A stretch of DNA of 64,000 bases from Dethiobacteria bacterium (lineage in GTDB: Bacteria; Bacillota; Dethiobacteria; DTU022; UBA8154). The stretch covers positions 12,385-76,384 of the forward strand of contig JBMNNQ010000001.1 of NCBI GenBank assembly GCA_050942615.1. The letters are read 5' to 3'. The position numbers and the translations under genes are program-made. Below are positions 1 through 9,812 of this stretch, piece by piece. The number at the start of each line of letters is the position of its first letter. The first letter of the stretch is position 1. The notes below the pieces were generated by a model, which saw only the letters and a program-made list of their open reading frames with translations, was not told where the DNA came from and did not search any database.

Positions 1-431
1 GGCTGTAAGGCAGGAAAATCAACGTTTTTTTCGCTAAAAAATTTCTGCCAGGAACTTGTATCTGCAAACACCAGGGCTTGGTAACTGCAACCGCATAAAT
101 CCAAAAAATCTGCTAAATCTGCAGGCAAATACTCCTGAACGACAACTGTTATTTTTACATTTTCCAGTTTGTCCTGCAATAACAGAGGACTAAGGTGGCT
201 TGCCTCCAGGGCTTCCCAGCGCAAGATCTCGTCCTTCAGGTGTGAGGAAGAAAGAAACTGGGTTTCCACTTCTTCCTGATGACGCCGGATTTCATGCCTC
301 AGTTCTTCTATGACAGCAATTTGACTGGTAATAAGGGCCTTTTCTCCCATGGAAGCGCCAAATAAGATGCCAATACCTAGAGCTAAAAAAACAGCTATTA
401 GGAAAACAATGTGATTTTGTTGCTGATCCAT
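1..431 (-). CDS. Partial CDS, N-terminal part of an MctB/DUF3186-like membrane protein; gene continues beyond the window start
   Basis: Manual minus-strand translation from the ATG at 431: MDQQQNHIVFLIAVFLALGIGILFGASMGEKALITSQIAVIEELRHEI... An N-terminal TM helix followed by a coiled-coil-like region resembles the N-terminus of the copper-transporter/MctB family that often neighbours steA-like genes. Absent from the ORF track because it runs off the window edge. Confidence 0.4.
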   Translation of the reverse strand, partial: MDQQQNHIVFLIAVFLALGIGILFGASMGEKALITSQIAVIEELRHEIRRHQEEVETQFLSSSHLKDEILRWEALEASHLSPLLLQDKLENVKITVVVQEYLPADLADFLDLCGCSYQALVFADTSSWQKFFSEKNVDFPALQ

Positions 432-453
432 GGCCTTATCTGCATCCCTTTAT

Positions 454-1608
454 TTAATGTAGTCCCAACTTCCAGGAAAATAGATAGAGAAAATGGCGTA
501 CCAGGGGTGAAAAGGCAGCCATGACAGCTACGGGAAAAAGAGCTGCCGCCAATAAGGCGGTGAGGTGATGCCACTTTAGCCCTCCCTGATATAAATTGGC
601 CAGGCCTTTGGCGTCAACGAGCTTATGCCCGACCTTAAGACGCACTAAAAAGGTGGAGGCCATCCCCTTGCGTCCTTTTTCCATAAAATCAAGCAGGTGC
701 GAATGGGAACCCACGGCGACTATTAATTCTGCTTTTTTTTCATAAGACAATAAAAAGGCTAAATCCTCGCTTGTACCGGGTGCAGCAATAACCTTCGCTT
801 TTAACCCCAGCTGGGAAATACGCGCCATTCCCGGTGCAAAGCCATTGCGATAGGCATGCACCACAATTTCATCCGCTGCTTTTAAGGTCGCATCTGCTAC
901 ACTGTCCATATCCCCGATAATAAGATGCGGCCTTAAACCTATTTCACACAGTGCGTCGCCCCCACCGTCAACGCCGACCAGTACGGGTTTGATATCCCTG
1001 ATATACGAGCGAATCAGCCTTAGATCCTGTTTGTAATTTTTACCCCTGATGACAATCAGGACATGTTTACCGGCAAACTGGGTTTTAAGTTTTGGTATTT
1101 CCAGTTTGCCCAAAATTAAATGTTTTTCCTTCTTCACATAATCAAGGGTGTTTTGGACAAAAAGATCCAGTTGGCGGTCAATATTTTTTTCAGCCAGTGC
1201 TATTTTGTGCTGCAGAAACTCCCGCCTGACGACCCTGCCCTGGCCAACCTTTTTCCCCCGGCAATAAACGGAATTTCCTTCAATTTTGATCGTTTCCCCC
1301 TCCGGGATAAGAAAAAATATTTTATCGCCAACATCATCAAGGGTATAAACGCCTTTTTCCCAAAGGTATTTGGCTCCTTGGGCGGGATATTTCCCGGTAA
1401 AAATGTGAGAGGCATTGATTACGGCTTTAACCTTTTTTTCGACAAGCTCCTGGGCAGCCAGCTCGTCGAGATCCCGGTGTGCGATCAGGGCGATATCCCC
1501 CGGTTGCAGTCTCTTGCAAAGCCTTTTCGTTTTACGATCTTTTTTTAAGACGCCCTGTACAGCTTTGTCTTTTCCCCTAAATATCATCTCTGTTTGACAA
1601 TGCTCCAA
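454..1608 (-). CDS. steA: SteA-like protein with a thiamine-pyrophosphokinase-like catalytic domain
   Basis: 384-aa ORF. The DMDSVAD/GVDGGGD region looks like a TPK catalytic domain and the C-terminus is hydrophobic. It lies immediately downstream of spo0A, as in many Clostridia. Confidence 0.55.
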   Translation of the reverse strand: MEHCQTEMIFRGKDKAVQGVLKKDRKTKRLCKRLQPGDIALIAHRDLDELAAQELVEKKVKAVINASHIFTGKYPAQGAKYLWEKGVYTLDDVGDKIFFLIPEGETIKIEGNSVYCRGKKVGQGRVVRREFLQHKIALAEKNIDRQLDLFVQNTLDYVKKEKHLILGKLEIPKLKTQFAGKHVLIVIRGKNYKQDLRLIRSYIRDIKPVLVGVDGGGDALCEIGLRPHLIIGDMDSVADATLKAADEIVVHAYRNGFAPGMARISQLGLKAKVIAAPGTSEDLAFLLSYEKKAELIVAVGSHSHLLDFMEKGRKGMASTFLVRLKVGHKLVDAKGLANLYQGGLKWHHLTALLAAALFPVAVMAAFSPLVRHFLYLFSWKLGLH

Positions 1609-1806
1609 TGCTCTAGTTGTTTATAGTTAGTATGTATAATTGACCGCCACTTTATAAGAAAAACATAAAAACAGGACACCTTTTGCTAAAAAGTATCCTG
1701 TTTCAGTTTAAAACAAAGGATTATGTAAGCAAAACTAAACTTTCTCAATAAATAAAATATGCTGCCCTGCCAAGCAGTGGCCATTTAAATATATGTCTGT
1801 CGAGAT

Positions 1807-2604
1807 CTATTGCACTTTATATTCATATTTTTTATTCTTCAAACGGATACGATCGGCAATCAGGGCAATGAATTCAGAATTTGTAGGCTTTCCTTTTTCT
1901 GTATTTATTGTATAACCAAAGAACTTCTTAATTGTTTCAACACTGTTTCTGGACCAGGCCACTTCAATAGCATGGCGGATCGCACGTTCCACCCTGCTCG
2001 GTGTGGTTTCAAATTTTTCAGCAATACGGGGATAGAGAACCTTTGTTACCGAACCTAAAAGTTCTATTTCCTCGACGACCATGGCAATAGCATCGCGCAG
2101 ATAAAGGTAGCCCTTTATATGGGCCGGTATACCAATCTCGTGAATTATTTTGGTAATCTCCTCGATGAAGTTGTTTTTTTCCCTTTGCGGGGCCCTTTCC
2201 AAACTTGCAAGCGGGGCCCTTTGAATGTTAATTTGGTTTCTCCCCAACTGCCGGATTCTTTCTGCTAAAACCTCCAGGTTAAACGGTTTAAGGATGTAAT
2301 ATGAGGCCCCCAGTTCCACCGCTCTTTGTGTAATATTTTCATGTCCGAAGGCTGTTAACATAATCACCTTTGGTTTAGGTGATAAATCCATTCTTCCCAA
2401 CTCTTCCAACACACCGATGCCATCAAGATGCGGCATAATAATATCTAAAAGAACAATATCCGGCACATTTTCCTGCAGGAACGCCAAAGCCTCTTTTCCG
2501 TTATAAACATTGCCAATGACTTCGATATCCGGTTCTTTATTGATGTATTCCGATAAAAGTTCGTTAAATTCTCTATTGTCATCTGCAATTAATACTTTAA
2601 GCAT
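1807..2604 (-). CDS. spo0A: Sporulation master regulator Spo0A (response regulator)
   Basis: 265 aa. N-terminal receiver ([13 protein letters not shown]...[14 protein letters not shown]) and the typical Spo0A C-terminal DNA-binding domain ([12 protein letters not shown]...[15 protein letters not shown]). RBS GGAGG lies upstream. spoIVB is adjacent, as in Bacillus and Clostridium. Confidence 0.95.
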   Translation of the reverse strand: MLKVLIADDNREFNELLSEYINKEPDIEVIGNVYNGKEALAFLQENVPDIVLLDIIMPHLDGIGVLEELGRMDLSPKPKVIMLTAFGHENITQRAVELGASYYILKPFNLEVLAERIRQLGRNQINIQRAPLASLERAPQREKNNFIEEITKIIHEIGIPAHIKGYLYLRDAIAMVVEEIELLGSVTKVLYPRIAEKFETTPSRVERAIRHAIEVAWSRNSVETIKKFFGYTINTEKGKPTNSEFIALIADRIRLKNKKYEYKVQ

Positions 2605-2662
2605 ATAAAAGCCCTCCTTAAGAAGTTCAAGATAAATTGTTATATTTCTTACTTATAAATTA

Positions 2663-2669
2663 TTCGACA
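2663..2669 (-). promoter_or_regulatory. Spo0A box (TGTCGAA on the spo0A sense strand) overlapping a sigmaH-like -10 (CGAAT), with AGGAATT as a candidate -35
   Basis: Plus strand reads ttcgaca at 2663-2669, about 60 nt upstream of the spo0A start. The minus strand reads AAGGAATTaccttccaattgTCGAATaa. This is consistent with an autoregulated Ps-type promoter. Confidence 0.45.
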
Positions 2670-2745
2670 ATTGGAAGGTAATTCCTTCTTAAAGGAGGAA
2701 TATTTTAGGCTTTTATATAAAAAATAACAGTTTCAGGTAATTTAA

Positions 2746-4071
2746 TTACGAAACCGGTAAAAGTTCCATCTCTTTAACCATCCATTCTGCAAAAATTCCA
2801 TATCCCCGGGAAGGATCATTTACAAAGACATGTGTTACAGCGCCCACCAGACGCCCGTTTTGAATAATAGGACTGCCGCTCATACCCTGTACGATCCCCC
2901 CGGTCTGGGTCAATAGATCCTCATCGACCACCTTGATAATAATTCCTTTATCCACAGGTTTATTTTGATTAAGCACTTTTTCTATTTCCAGGCAAAAACT
3001 CTGTATTTTATTGCCCTCCACCACGGTGAGCATTTCTGCCGGTCCGGGTTCCACTTCAAAACAAAGCCCCAGCGGAATGGGATTTGGATAGGGGGTTTCA
3101 CAGGCGGCAATATTTTTTAGCCTGCCATAAATACCAAAATCGGTATTTTTATTAATAGTCCCCAGGATATCCCTGCCCTCTCTAAAAACCCCTGCCTTTT
3201 CCCCGGGCTGCCCCCGCTGGGCCATTTTTATATTTACGATATCTGCCCGTACAATCAAACCTTCGTCAATTTCCAATATCGTACGGGTGTCACTGTCGGT
3301 GATAATATGGCCCAGCGCCCCGTAATACTCCCTCTCAGGTTCATAAAAGGTCAGGGTCCCTACGCCGGCGGCAGTGTCGCGGATATAAAGACCGATACGG
3401 TACTCCCGGCTGTCAGGGCACATCCGGGGAACAACCTGCAGCTCCAAATTTTCACCTTTTCTTTTCACAAGAAACTTTAAGGCCCCTTTTTGAGATTCTT
3501 TGCCAATCACTTTTGCAGCTTCATCCAAATCCTTGATATTGATACCATTAACTTCTAGAATAGTATCGCCGATCAATATGCCGCTGTCCTCTGCCGGTGA
3601 GAACTTTCTCCCCCCGTCTTCCAAATAAAAATACCCAACGACCAGTGCCCCTTCTGCATGCAATTTTATGCCGATAGAATGGCCGCCGGGGTGCAGCGTT
3701 ATCTCCGGTAAAACGCTGACGGTGAGCTGCCTGATGGGAATTAGACCTTTGAACAGACTAAATTCTAGTTGAACATGGCCTTTGTTTAAACCGCGTAGAG
3801 AAACACCCTTTTGGGAGTGCAGATGACTGAATTCATTGCTGTTAATCATATCGCCGTTGATATTCAATATATCAGTTTTATCGGCTTTGATATAAAGTTT
3901 TAAAGGAGATTTAACCTGGTAGGAATATTCCTGGCCTTCAAAAAGGCGCAGACTGTCTTCTAGATTATTTTTAATTCCTAAAGAAAAAGATACTGATAGC
4001 AACAGCAAAAAAAACACGATGGTGAAGACTATATTTTTTTTGAAAAAATTACGCACAAAAAAACCCCCCAC
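2746..4071 (-). CDS. spoIVB: SpoIVB serine peptidase (S55)
   Basis: 441 aa with an N-terminal signal/TM segment, a PDZ-like region and a C-terminal GGIVQGMSGSPII..GRLVGAVTHV catalytic region. The apparent start is GTG. It sits between recN and spo0A. Confidence 0.9.
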   Translation of the reverse strand: MGGFFVRNFFKKNIVFTIVFFLLLLSVSFSLGIKNNLEDSLRLFEGQEYSYQVKSPLKLYIKADKTDILNINGDMINSNEFSHLHSQKGVSLRGLNKGHVQLEFSLFKGLIPIRQLTVSVLPEITLHPGGHSIGIKLHAEGALVVGYFYLEDGGRKFSPAEDSGILIGDTILEVNGINIKDLDEAAKVIGKESQKGALKFLVKRKGENLELQVVPRMCPDSREYRIGLYIRDTAAGVGTLTFYEPEREYYGALGHIITDSDTRTILEIDEGLIVRADIVNIKMAQRGQPGEKAGVFREGRDILGTINKNTDFGIYGRLKNIAACETPYPNPIPLGLCFEVEPGPAEMLTVVEGNKIQSFCLEIEKVLNQNKPVDKGIIIKVVDEDLLTQTGGIVQGMSGSPIIQNGRLVGAVTHVFVNDPSRGYGIFAEWMVKEMELLPVS

Positions 4072-4199
4072 AGAGCCATAAAGATTTTAGGTTACAACTT
4101 TAAATTGTCTCGAGGAGGGTTTTTTTATCCCTTTTTATTTACATAATAAAATTGTTTTATTTGGCAGTACTGCAATGAGAGATTTTGTCATTTTAAGCG

Positions 4200-5891
4200 T
4201 TAAGCAAGCTCTTGTCCTTTTTTTAAAAGTTCTGCTGCATGTTTTTTGGTAATTTCGTCTATGTTCCCACCGTTTAAAAGGCGTGCAATTTCCATGATCC
4301 TTTTTTCCCCCTGGAGGTAGCGGACAGCGGTGGCTGTGCGCCCCCCGGAAACCTCTTTAAAAATATAGTATTGATGCGCGGCGGCGCTGGCAATTTGCGG
4401 GCTGTGCGTCACACAGATTACCTGGTGTTTTTTACTTAACCCGACCATTTTTTCCGAAATTTTTTGGATGGTATAGCCGCCGATGCCGCTGTCTATTTCA
4501 TCGAAAATAAGGGTGGGAATTTGATCCTGTTCTGCCAAAATGCTTTTTAAGGCCAGCATTACCCGGGCGGCTTCTCCCCCGGAAATAATGCGTACCAGCG
4601 ACTTTGGAGGTTCACCGGGGTTGGCGGAAAAAAGAAACTCTAGCTCCTCTTGACCTTCTGGTCCCGGCGTCTTTTGTGCCCTGAATTGAATGTCAAAACA
4701 GGCACTTTCCATACTGAGTTCTTGTAAGGCTTCTGTAACAAGCAATTTTAAGTTTTGGGCTGTTTTTTTTCTTTGGGTTGTCAATTGGGCGGCAATTTGT
4801 GCGATTTCCTGCCGAAGGTTTTTTTCTTCTGCTTCCCAACGCAAAATTTCTGTTGCACTGTTTTCTAGCACGGTTATTTCCTGTATACATTTTTCCGCAA
4901 AAGAAAGTACCTCTTCCACCGTAGAACCATACTTTTCTTTTAAACGCCGGTAAATTTCCAAGCGGTTTTCTGTTTCTGTTTTTTCTGCCGCTGAATAGGT
5001 CAAACTGTCTAAATAAGTGTAGAGTTCACGGCTTAATTCGGTGAGGCTTGTACTAATTTCCTGTAAAATTTCTACGAAAGGTACCAGCTGGGGGTCAATT
5101 TCCAATAAAGCAGACATCTCTTTTTCGATACTGCCAATTCGATCCACAATCGGGGGCTGCTGCGCACCTTCACTACTATAAATTTCAAAATAGGCCCGGT
5201 TGGCTAAAGTATGCAACTTTTCCATATTATCAAGCAGCAAAAGCCTTTGTTTCAAAGATTCTTCTTCTGCTGCCGAAAGAGAGGCTTCTAAAATTTCATC
5301 CCTTTGAAAAATGAGCAGTTCCAGCTTTCTTTTTCTCTCTTCAGGAGAAGCCCCCCTGGCTTTTAATTTTTTTTGCACCTGCCGCCAGCGGCGGTAGAAC
5401 TCCTGGTAGCTGTATTTTACATTTAATAGTTCCTTGCCGCCAAATTCATCCAAAAAAAACATGTGTTTCTCCGGTTTCAGGAGTGATTGGTGGTTGTGCT
5501 GACCGTGCAGGTCTACAAGCACACTGCCCAACTCTTTTAATAGTGACAGGGGGACAGCCCTGCCATTGACACGGCAGATATTGCGACCGCTACGGGAAAT
5601 TTCCCGCAGGATAATCAATTCCGTTTCCTGCAGCAGACCGTTTTCCGCTAGTATCCCCCTTAACTGTTTATTATCCGGGGCAACAGTAAAGACAGTTTCA
5701 ATAAAGGCTTGTTCGGTGCCGGAGCGGACCTGTTCACTGGAAGCCCTTTCTCCTAAAATAAGATTTATGGCCCCGATCAACATGGACTTCCCTGCACCTG
5801 TTTCCCCCGTTAAAACATTCATCCCGGGAAAAAACTCCAGGGATAAATCATCGATCAGCGCAAAGTTTTGCATATGTAAATATGCAAGCAT
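4200..5891 (-). CDS. recN: DNA repair protein RecN
   Basis: Walker A LTGETGAGKS close to the N-terminus, a long coiled-coil and a C-terminal SMC-like ATPase signature. The start was chosen at the internal MLAYLHMQNF (position 5891); the 37-residue upstream extension to 6002 has no RecN-like sequence. Confidence 0.9.
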   Translation of the reverse strand: MLAYLHMQNFALIDDLSLEFFPGMNVLTGETGAGKSMLIGAINLILGERASSEQVRSGTEQAFIETVFTVAPDNKQLRGILAENGLLQETELIILREISRSGRNICRVNGRAVPLSLLKELGSVLVDLHGQHNHQSLLKPEKHMFFLDEFGGKELLNVKYSYQEFYRRWRQVQKKLKARGASPEERKRKLELLIFQRDEILEASLSAAEEESLKQRLLLLDNMEKLHTLANRAYFEIYSSEGAQQPPIVDRIGSIEKEMSALLEIDPQLVPFVEILQEISTSLTELSRELYTYLDSLTYSAAEKTETENRLEIYRRLKEKYGSTVEEVLSFAEKCIQEITVLENSATEILRWEAEEKNLRQEIAQIAAQLTTQRKKTAQNLKLLVTEALQELSMESACFDIQFRAQKTPGPEGQEELEFLFSANPGEPPKSLVRIISGGEAARVMLALKSILAEQDQIPTLIFDEIDSGIGGYTIQKISEKMVGLSKKHQVICVTHSPQIASAAAHQYYIFKEVSGGRTATAVRYLQGEKRIMEIARLLNGGNIDEITKKHAAELLKKGQELA

Positions 5892-6016
5892 TCCCAAATA
5901 CCCCCTAAGGAAGTTCGGAAGTTTCCCGTAAAACAAATAAATATATAATGGCAAAAATAACCAGGATTTCAGCAGGATGGTATAAGCTGAGGCCGCCGGC
6001 ATAAACCGGCACGTTG

Positions 6017-6865
6017 TCAGATCAGTTTATCGTGCAGCAGTTTATAGAAATTACTTTCGGGAAAGGTAATCACTTTGGTTTTATAGGCGGCCTTTTTCAC
6101 CCGGACATGATCCTTATAATTCAAGGCAAAACCTTCCTGCCCATCCAGGGTTAAAAATATATCGGCGTATTCTGTGGCAATGCTGACCGTAACAACATCA
6201 TTTTTATCCACAATAACAGAACGTTGATAAAGCAGGTGGGGACAGATCGGTGTGACCACCAAAACATTCAAGGCTGGATGGACCACCGGGCCGCCGGCAG
6301 ACAGGGAATAGCCTGTTGAACCGGTAGGGCTGGAAATAATGACCCCGTCCCCGGGGTAGCTTTCCAAAAAATCATCGTTAATATAGGTGTCCAGCTTAAT
6401 AATCCTGGAAAAAGGACCCCTGGAAATAATAACATCATTGAGACAAAGAGCCGAGGCAAAAGTTTTCCCTGCCCTGATGACTTCTGTTTGCAGCATCATT
6501 CTTTCTTCCAGGCGAAAATTTCCGTCAATTAACTGCTGCAGGGAAAAGGTAAGCTTATCCACCTCTATTTCGGCCAAAAAACCTTTATGCCCCATGTTTA
6601 TGCCCAACAGGGGCAGATCTGTAAAAGTCAGTTCCCGGGCCACCCTTAAGAAAGTGCCGTCACCGCCCAGGACAATCACCAAGTCAGTTTTTTGCGACCA
6701 TTCCTGAATTTCTTTGATGGGTGAGGAAAGATATAAAAGAGGGTCTTTTTCAGGAACAACATATACCGGCACGTCATATTTACCAAAAAAATTTTTGATC
6801 TGTTCAATGACAGCATGCATTTTTTCTTTTTGCCAGTTGGGAACAACCCCAATACCCTTAAACAT
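6017..6865 (-). CDS. nadK: NAD+ kinase
   Basis: 282 aa with a GGDGTFLRVAREL motif and NAD-kinase-like architecture. Confidence 0.9.
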   Translation of the reverse strand: MFKGIGVVPNWQKEKMHAVIEQIKNFFGKYDVPVYVVPEKDPLLYLSSPIKEIQEWSQKTDLVIVLGGDGTFLRVARELTFTDLPLLGINMGHKGFLAEIEVDKLTFSLQQLIDGNFRLEERMMLQTEVIRAGKTFASALCLNDVIISRGPFSRIIKLDTYINDDFLESYPGDGVIISSPTGSTGYSLSAGGPVVHPALNVLVVTPICPHLLYQRSVIVDKNDVVTVSIATEYADIFLTLDGQEGFALNYKDHVRVKKAAYKTKVITFPESNFYKLLHDKLI

Positions 6866-6898
6866 TAATGAACCCCCTTTTCAGATTTCCGTCCCCGC

Positions 6899-7735
6899 TT
6901 ACCGCTTCAATATAGAATGGGCTTGGGTAACTACAGCGTCAACTACAGAGGACAGCTCTTCTGTTTTAACCTGTTTTTTTTCTGATTCCAGCGCATTTTC
7001 GGCGCGAAGGTAAAGAAAGTATTCAATGTTGCCCCGGGGGCCTTTTAAAGGTGAAAAAGTAAGCCCTTCCAGCCTGTAGGAAAGCTGCAGTGCCGTTGAA
7101 ATAATCTTTTCCAAAACCTCCCGGTGGACAGCAGCATCCTTGACTACACCTCTTCTCGCTACTTGTGCGGGTTTTGCTTCGAATTGGGGTTTGATAAGGC
7201 AAATAATTTCTGGAACAAAAAGGGCTGCCACTACGGGTAAAACCAGGCTTAAAGAAATAAACGAAACATCAATTGTTGCCAAATGCGGCCGTTCCTGCAG
7301 ATCTTCCCTTTTCAGGTGGCGGACATTAAAGCGTTCCATGTTGATAATGCGCGGTTCATGGCGTAACTTCCAATCCAGCTGACCGTAGCCGACATCAAGG
7401 GCATAAACCTTTTGGGCCCCGTGTTTTAAAACACAATGTGTAAAGCCCCCTGTGGAAGCGCCGATATCCAAAACAATTTTATTTTCAAGCTTCAGGCTAA
7501 ATTCACGCAGGGCTTTTTCCAGTTTAAGTCCGCCCCGGCTGACATAAGGGTTTTGGGTGGCCAGAATTTCAATTTTTGCCTGAGAAGAGACAGCTTCACC
7601 GGGTTTGTCCTTTTTTATACCGTTAACCAGGACGTTCCCGGCCATAATTTCTGCCCTGGCCCTGCTGCGCGTTGCTATTAGATTTTTTTCAACAAGGAGC
7701 AGATCCAGTCTTTTTTTACTTTTTTCCTTTTTCAT
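6899..7735 (-). CDS. tlyA: TlyA-family rRNA 2'-O-methyltransferase (S4 domain plus FtsJ fold)
   Basis: 278 aa with an N-terminal S4 RNA-binding motif (RLDLLLVEKNLIATRSRARAEIMAGNVLVNG) and an LDIGASTGGFT SAM-binding motif. Confidence 0.85.
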   Translation of the reverse strand: MKKEKSKKRLDLLLVEKNLIATRSRARAEIMAGNVLVNGIKKDKPGEAVSSQAKIEILATQNPYVSRGGLKLEKALREFSLKLENKIVLDIGASTGGFTHCVLKHGAQKVYALDVGYGQLDWKLRHEPRIINMERFNVRHLKREDLQERPHLATIDVSFISLSLVLPVVAALFVPEIICLIKPQFEAKPAQVARRGVVKDAAVHREVLEKIISTALQLSYRLEGLTFSPLKGPRGNIEYFLYLRAENALESEKKQVKTEELSSVVDAVVTQAHSILKR

Positions 7736-9642
7736 CAGTATGGGTAACCTTCATAGACCTTTTCTTTTAGCCGGCAAAGTTTTAATGCCTCGCGGGCGAT
7801 GCCTTCCCCTGAAAGACCGTGCAGGTTTAATAAAAAGTCTCTGCTTCCCTGACCTGTATAAGCATTGGGCAGCCCCAGCCGCTTCAGGTTTATTTCCTGC
7901 AGCTCATTGTCGGCAAACGTTTCCAGGACAGCGCTGCCAAAACCCCCGCTTAAAATATGTTCCTCCACCGTCAAAACCCTGCCGCATTTTTTGGCCCAAT
8001 AACAGATTAGTTCTGTATCCAAAGGTTGAATAAAGCGGGAATTGATGACGCAACTTTCGATGCCCATTTTTAAAAGCAGGGCATGGGCTTCCAAAGCCGG
8101 TAAAACCATGGAGCCGACGGCTAAAATGAGTAGGTCAGGGCCTTCCCTTAAAAGCTGGGCTTTCCCCGCAGTTAAAATACCTGTTTCCGGTGATGAAAAC
8201 GCGGCTGCCTCTCCCCGGGGATAGCGGAGCGCTACCGGGCATTTTAAGGAAAAAGCCATTTTGAGCATTGCATCCAGCTCCCGACCGCTGGCCGGGGCCA
8301 TGAGGACAAGATTGGGCAAATGCCGCAGGTAGGCAAAATCAAACAAGCCGTTGTGGGTTTCCCCGTCTTCCCCCACCAGGCCGGCCCGGTCAACGGCGAA
8401 GACAACAGGCAGGTTTTGCAAACAAACGTCATGCAGGATCTGATCATACGCCCTTTGTAAAAAAGTGCTGTAAATAGCCACCACCGGTTTAAGGCCTTCT
8501 GCAGCCAACCCCGCGGCCATGGTGACAGCGTGTTGTTCGGCAATACCCACGTCAAAGAAACGTTGCGGCCACCGGTGGGCAAAAGGTTCCAAGCCTGTAC
8601 CTGCAGCCATCGCGGCGGTGATCGCAACAATGGAACGATCTTCCGCAGCCAGTTTTTCCAAAGAAGTGCTGAAAACCTTGCTGTATGCCGGTTGATTTTT
8701 TTTATTTACAGCAAGGGGTTCACCGGTCTTTTTACTAAAGGGCCCCACACCGTGAAAAACAAGGGGATTTTTTTCAGCAGGAGCATAGCCCCTGCCTTTT
8801 TTAGTAACAGCATGTATTAAAACCGGTCCGTGAACACTTTTTATTTCACGAAAAAGATTCACCAGTTTGGGAATGGAATGACCATCAATCGGCCCTAAAT
8901 ACTTAAAGCCAAGCTCTTCAAAAAGCATACCGGGTACTAACAGATATTTTAAGCTGTCTTTGAGGCGTTCAGCAGAACGAAGCACGGTCCGGCCAATGGC
9001 CGGTATGCGTTCCAAAATATGTTCTAGGTCTTCTTTCAGGCGAAAATACTTGGGGTCGGTGCGCAGTTTGGCCAGGTAGGAAGGAAGCCCCCCGATATTT
9101 TGGCCGATAGACATTTCGTTATCATTAAGAATAACCAATAGATCAGTTTTTTTCTCCCCTGCAAAATTAAGCGCCTCCAAGGCCATCCCGCCCGTTAAGG
9201 CGCCGTCACCAATAATATTAATGACAAAATTGTTTTTTCCCAGTAAGTCCCGGGCCTGGGCAATCCCCAGGGCTGCTGAAAGGGAGGTGCTGCTGTGCCC
9301 CACACCAAAAACATCGTACAGGCTTTCCCTTCTTTTAGGAAAGCCGCTTATGCCATTATAGCAACGAATCCTTGAAAAATGTTCCTGCCGACCGGTAAGA
9401 ATTTTATGGGTATAGCACTGGTGCCCCACATCCCAAAGAATCTTGTCGTGGGGAGCATTAAAAACAAAATGAAGGGCGATGGTCAGTTCAACAACCCCTA
9501 AGCTGGAGGCAAGATGGCCCCCTCTTTTGGAAACTACCTCAATCATAAATTCCCTTATTTCGCCGGCCAACTGTTCCAATTCTTTTAAAGACAACTTTTT
9601 CAGATCAGCAGGTTCATGAATTTTTTCAAGAATAACACCCAA
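7735..9642 (-). CDS. dxs: 1-deoxy-D-xylulose-5-phosphate synthase
   Basis: 635 aa with a TPP-binding GDGALTGGMA motif and a Dxs-specific N-terminus (LKELEQLAGEIREF...GGHLASSLGVVELTIALH). The apparent start is TTG. Confidence 0.93.
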   Translation of the reverse strand: MGVILEKIHEPADLKKLSLKELEQLAGEIREFMIEVVSKRGGHLASSLGVVELTIALHFVFNAPHDKILWDVGHQCYTHKILTGRQEHFSRIRCYNGISGFPKRRESLYDVFGVGHSSTSLSAALGIAQARDLLGKNNFVINIIGDGALTGGMALEALNFAGEKKTDLLVILNDNEMSIGQNIGGLPSYLAKLRTDPKYFRLKEDLEHILERIPAIGRTVLRSAERLKDSLKYLLVPGMLFEELGFKYLGPIDGHSIPKLVNLFREIKSVHGPVLIHAVTKKGRGYAPAEKNPLVFHGVGPFSKKTGEPLAVNKKNQPAYSKVFSTSLEKLAAEDRSIVAITAAMAAGTGLEPFAHRWPQRFFDVGIAEQHAVTMAAGLAAEGLKPVVAIYSTFLQRAYDQILHDVCLQNLPVVFAVDRAGLVGEDGETHNGLFDFAYLRHLPNLVLMAPASGRELDAMLKMAFSLKCPVALRYPRGEAAAFSSPETGILTAGKAQLLREGPDLLILAVGSMVLPALEAHALLLKMGIESCVINSRFIQPLDTELICYWAKKCGRVLTVEEHILSGGFGSAVLETFADNELQEINLKRLGLPNAYTGQGSRDFLLNLHGLSGEGIAREALKLCRLKEKVYEGYPY

Positions 9643-9742
9643 AAAACCACCGCTTCCCGCATAAATTTGGAGAAATAGTATCTAAACAGTTCTGGACAGC
9701 TTTCATGGTGAAGCGCAGCTTCAAAGGTGTACATGAAATTTT

Positions 9743-9778
9743 CATTATTGTTTCCAGTGTACGCTGGAAACAATAATG
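9743..9778 (-). other. Perfect 15-bp inverted repeat (stem-loop with a 6-nt loop) in the oapA-dxs intergenic region
   Basis: cattattgtttccag tgtacg ctggaaacaataatg. There is no adjacent U-tract on the minus strand. It could be a processing, stability or attenuation element. Confidence 0.5.
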
Positions 9779-9812
9779 CCGGATATAAAGTATTATTTTT
9801 AGCAGGACAATG

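Noticed and set aside
5892-6016. LexA (Cheo) box upstream of recN
   Set aside because: The sequence GTTCggaaGTTTC is a direct repeat and not the palindrome GAAC-N4-GTTC.
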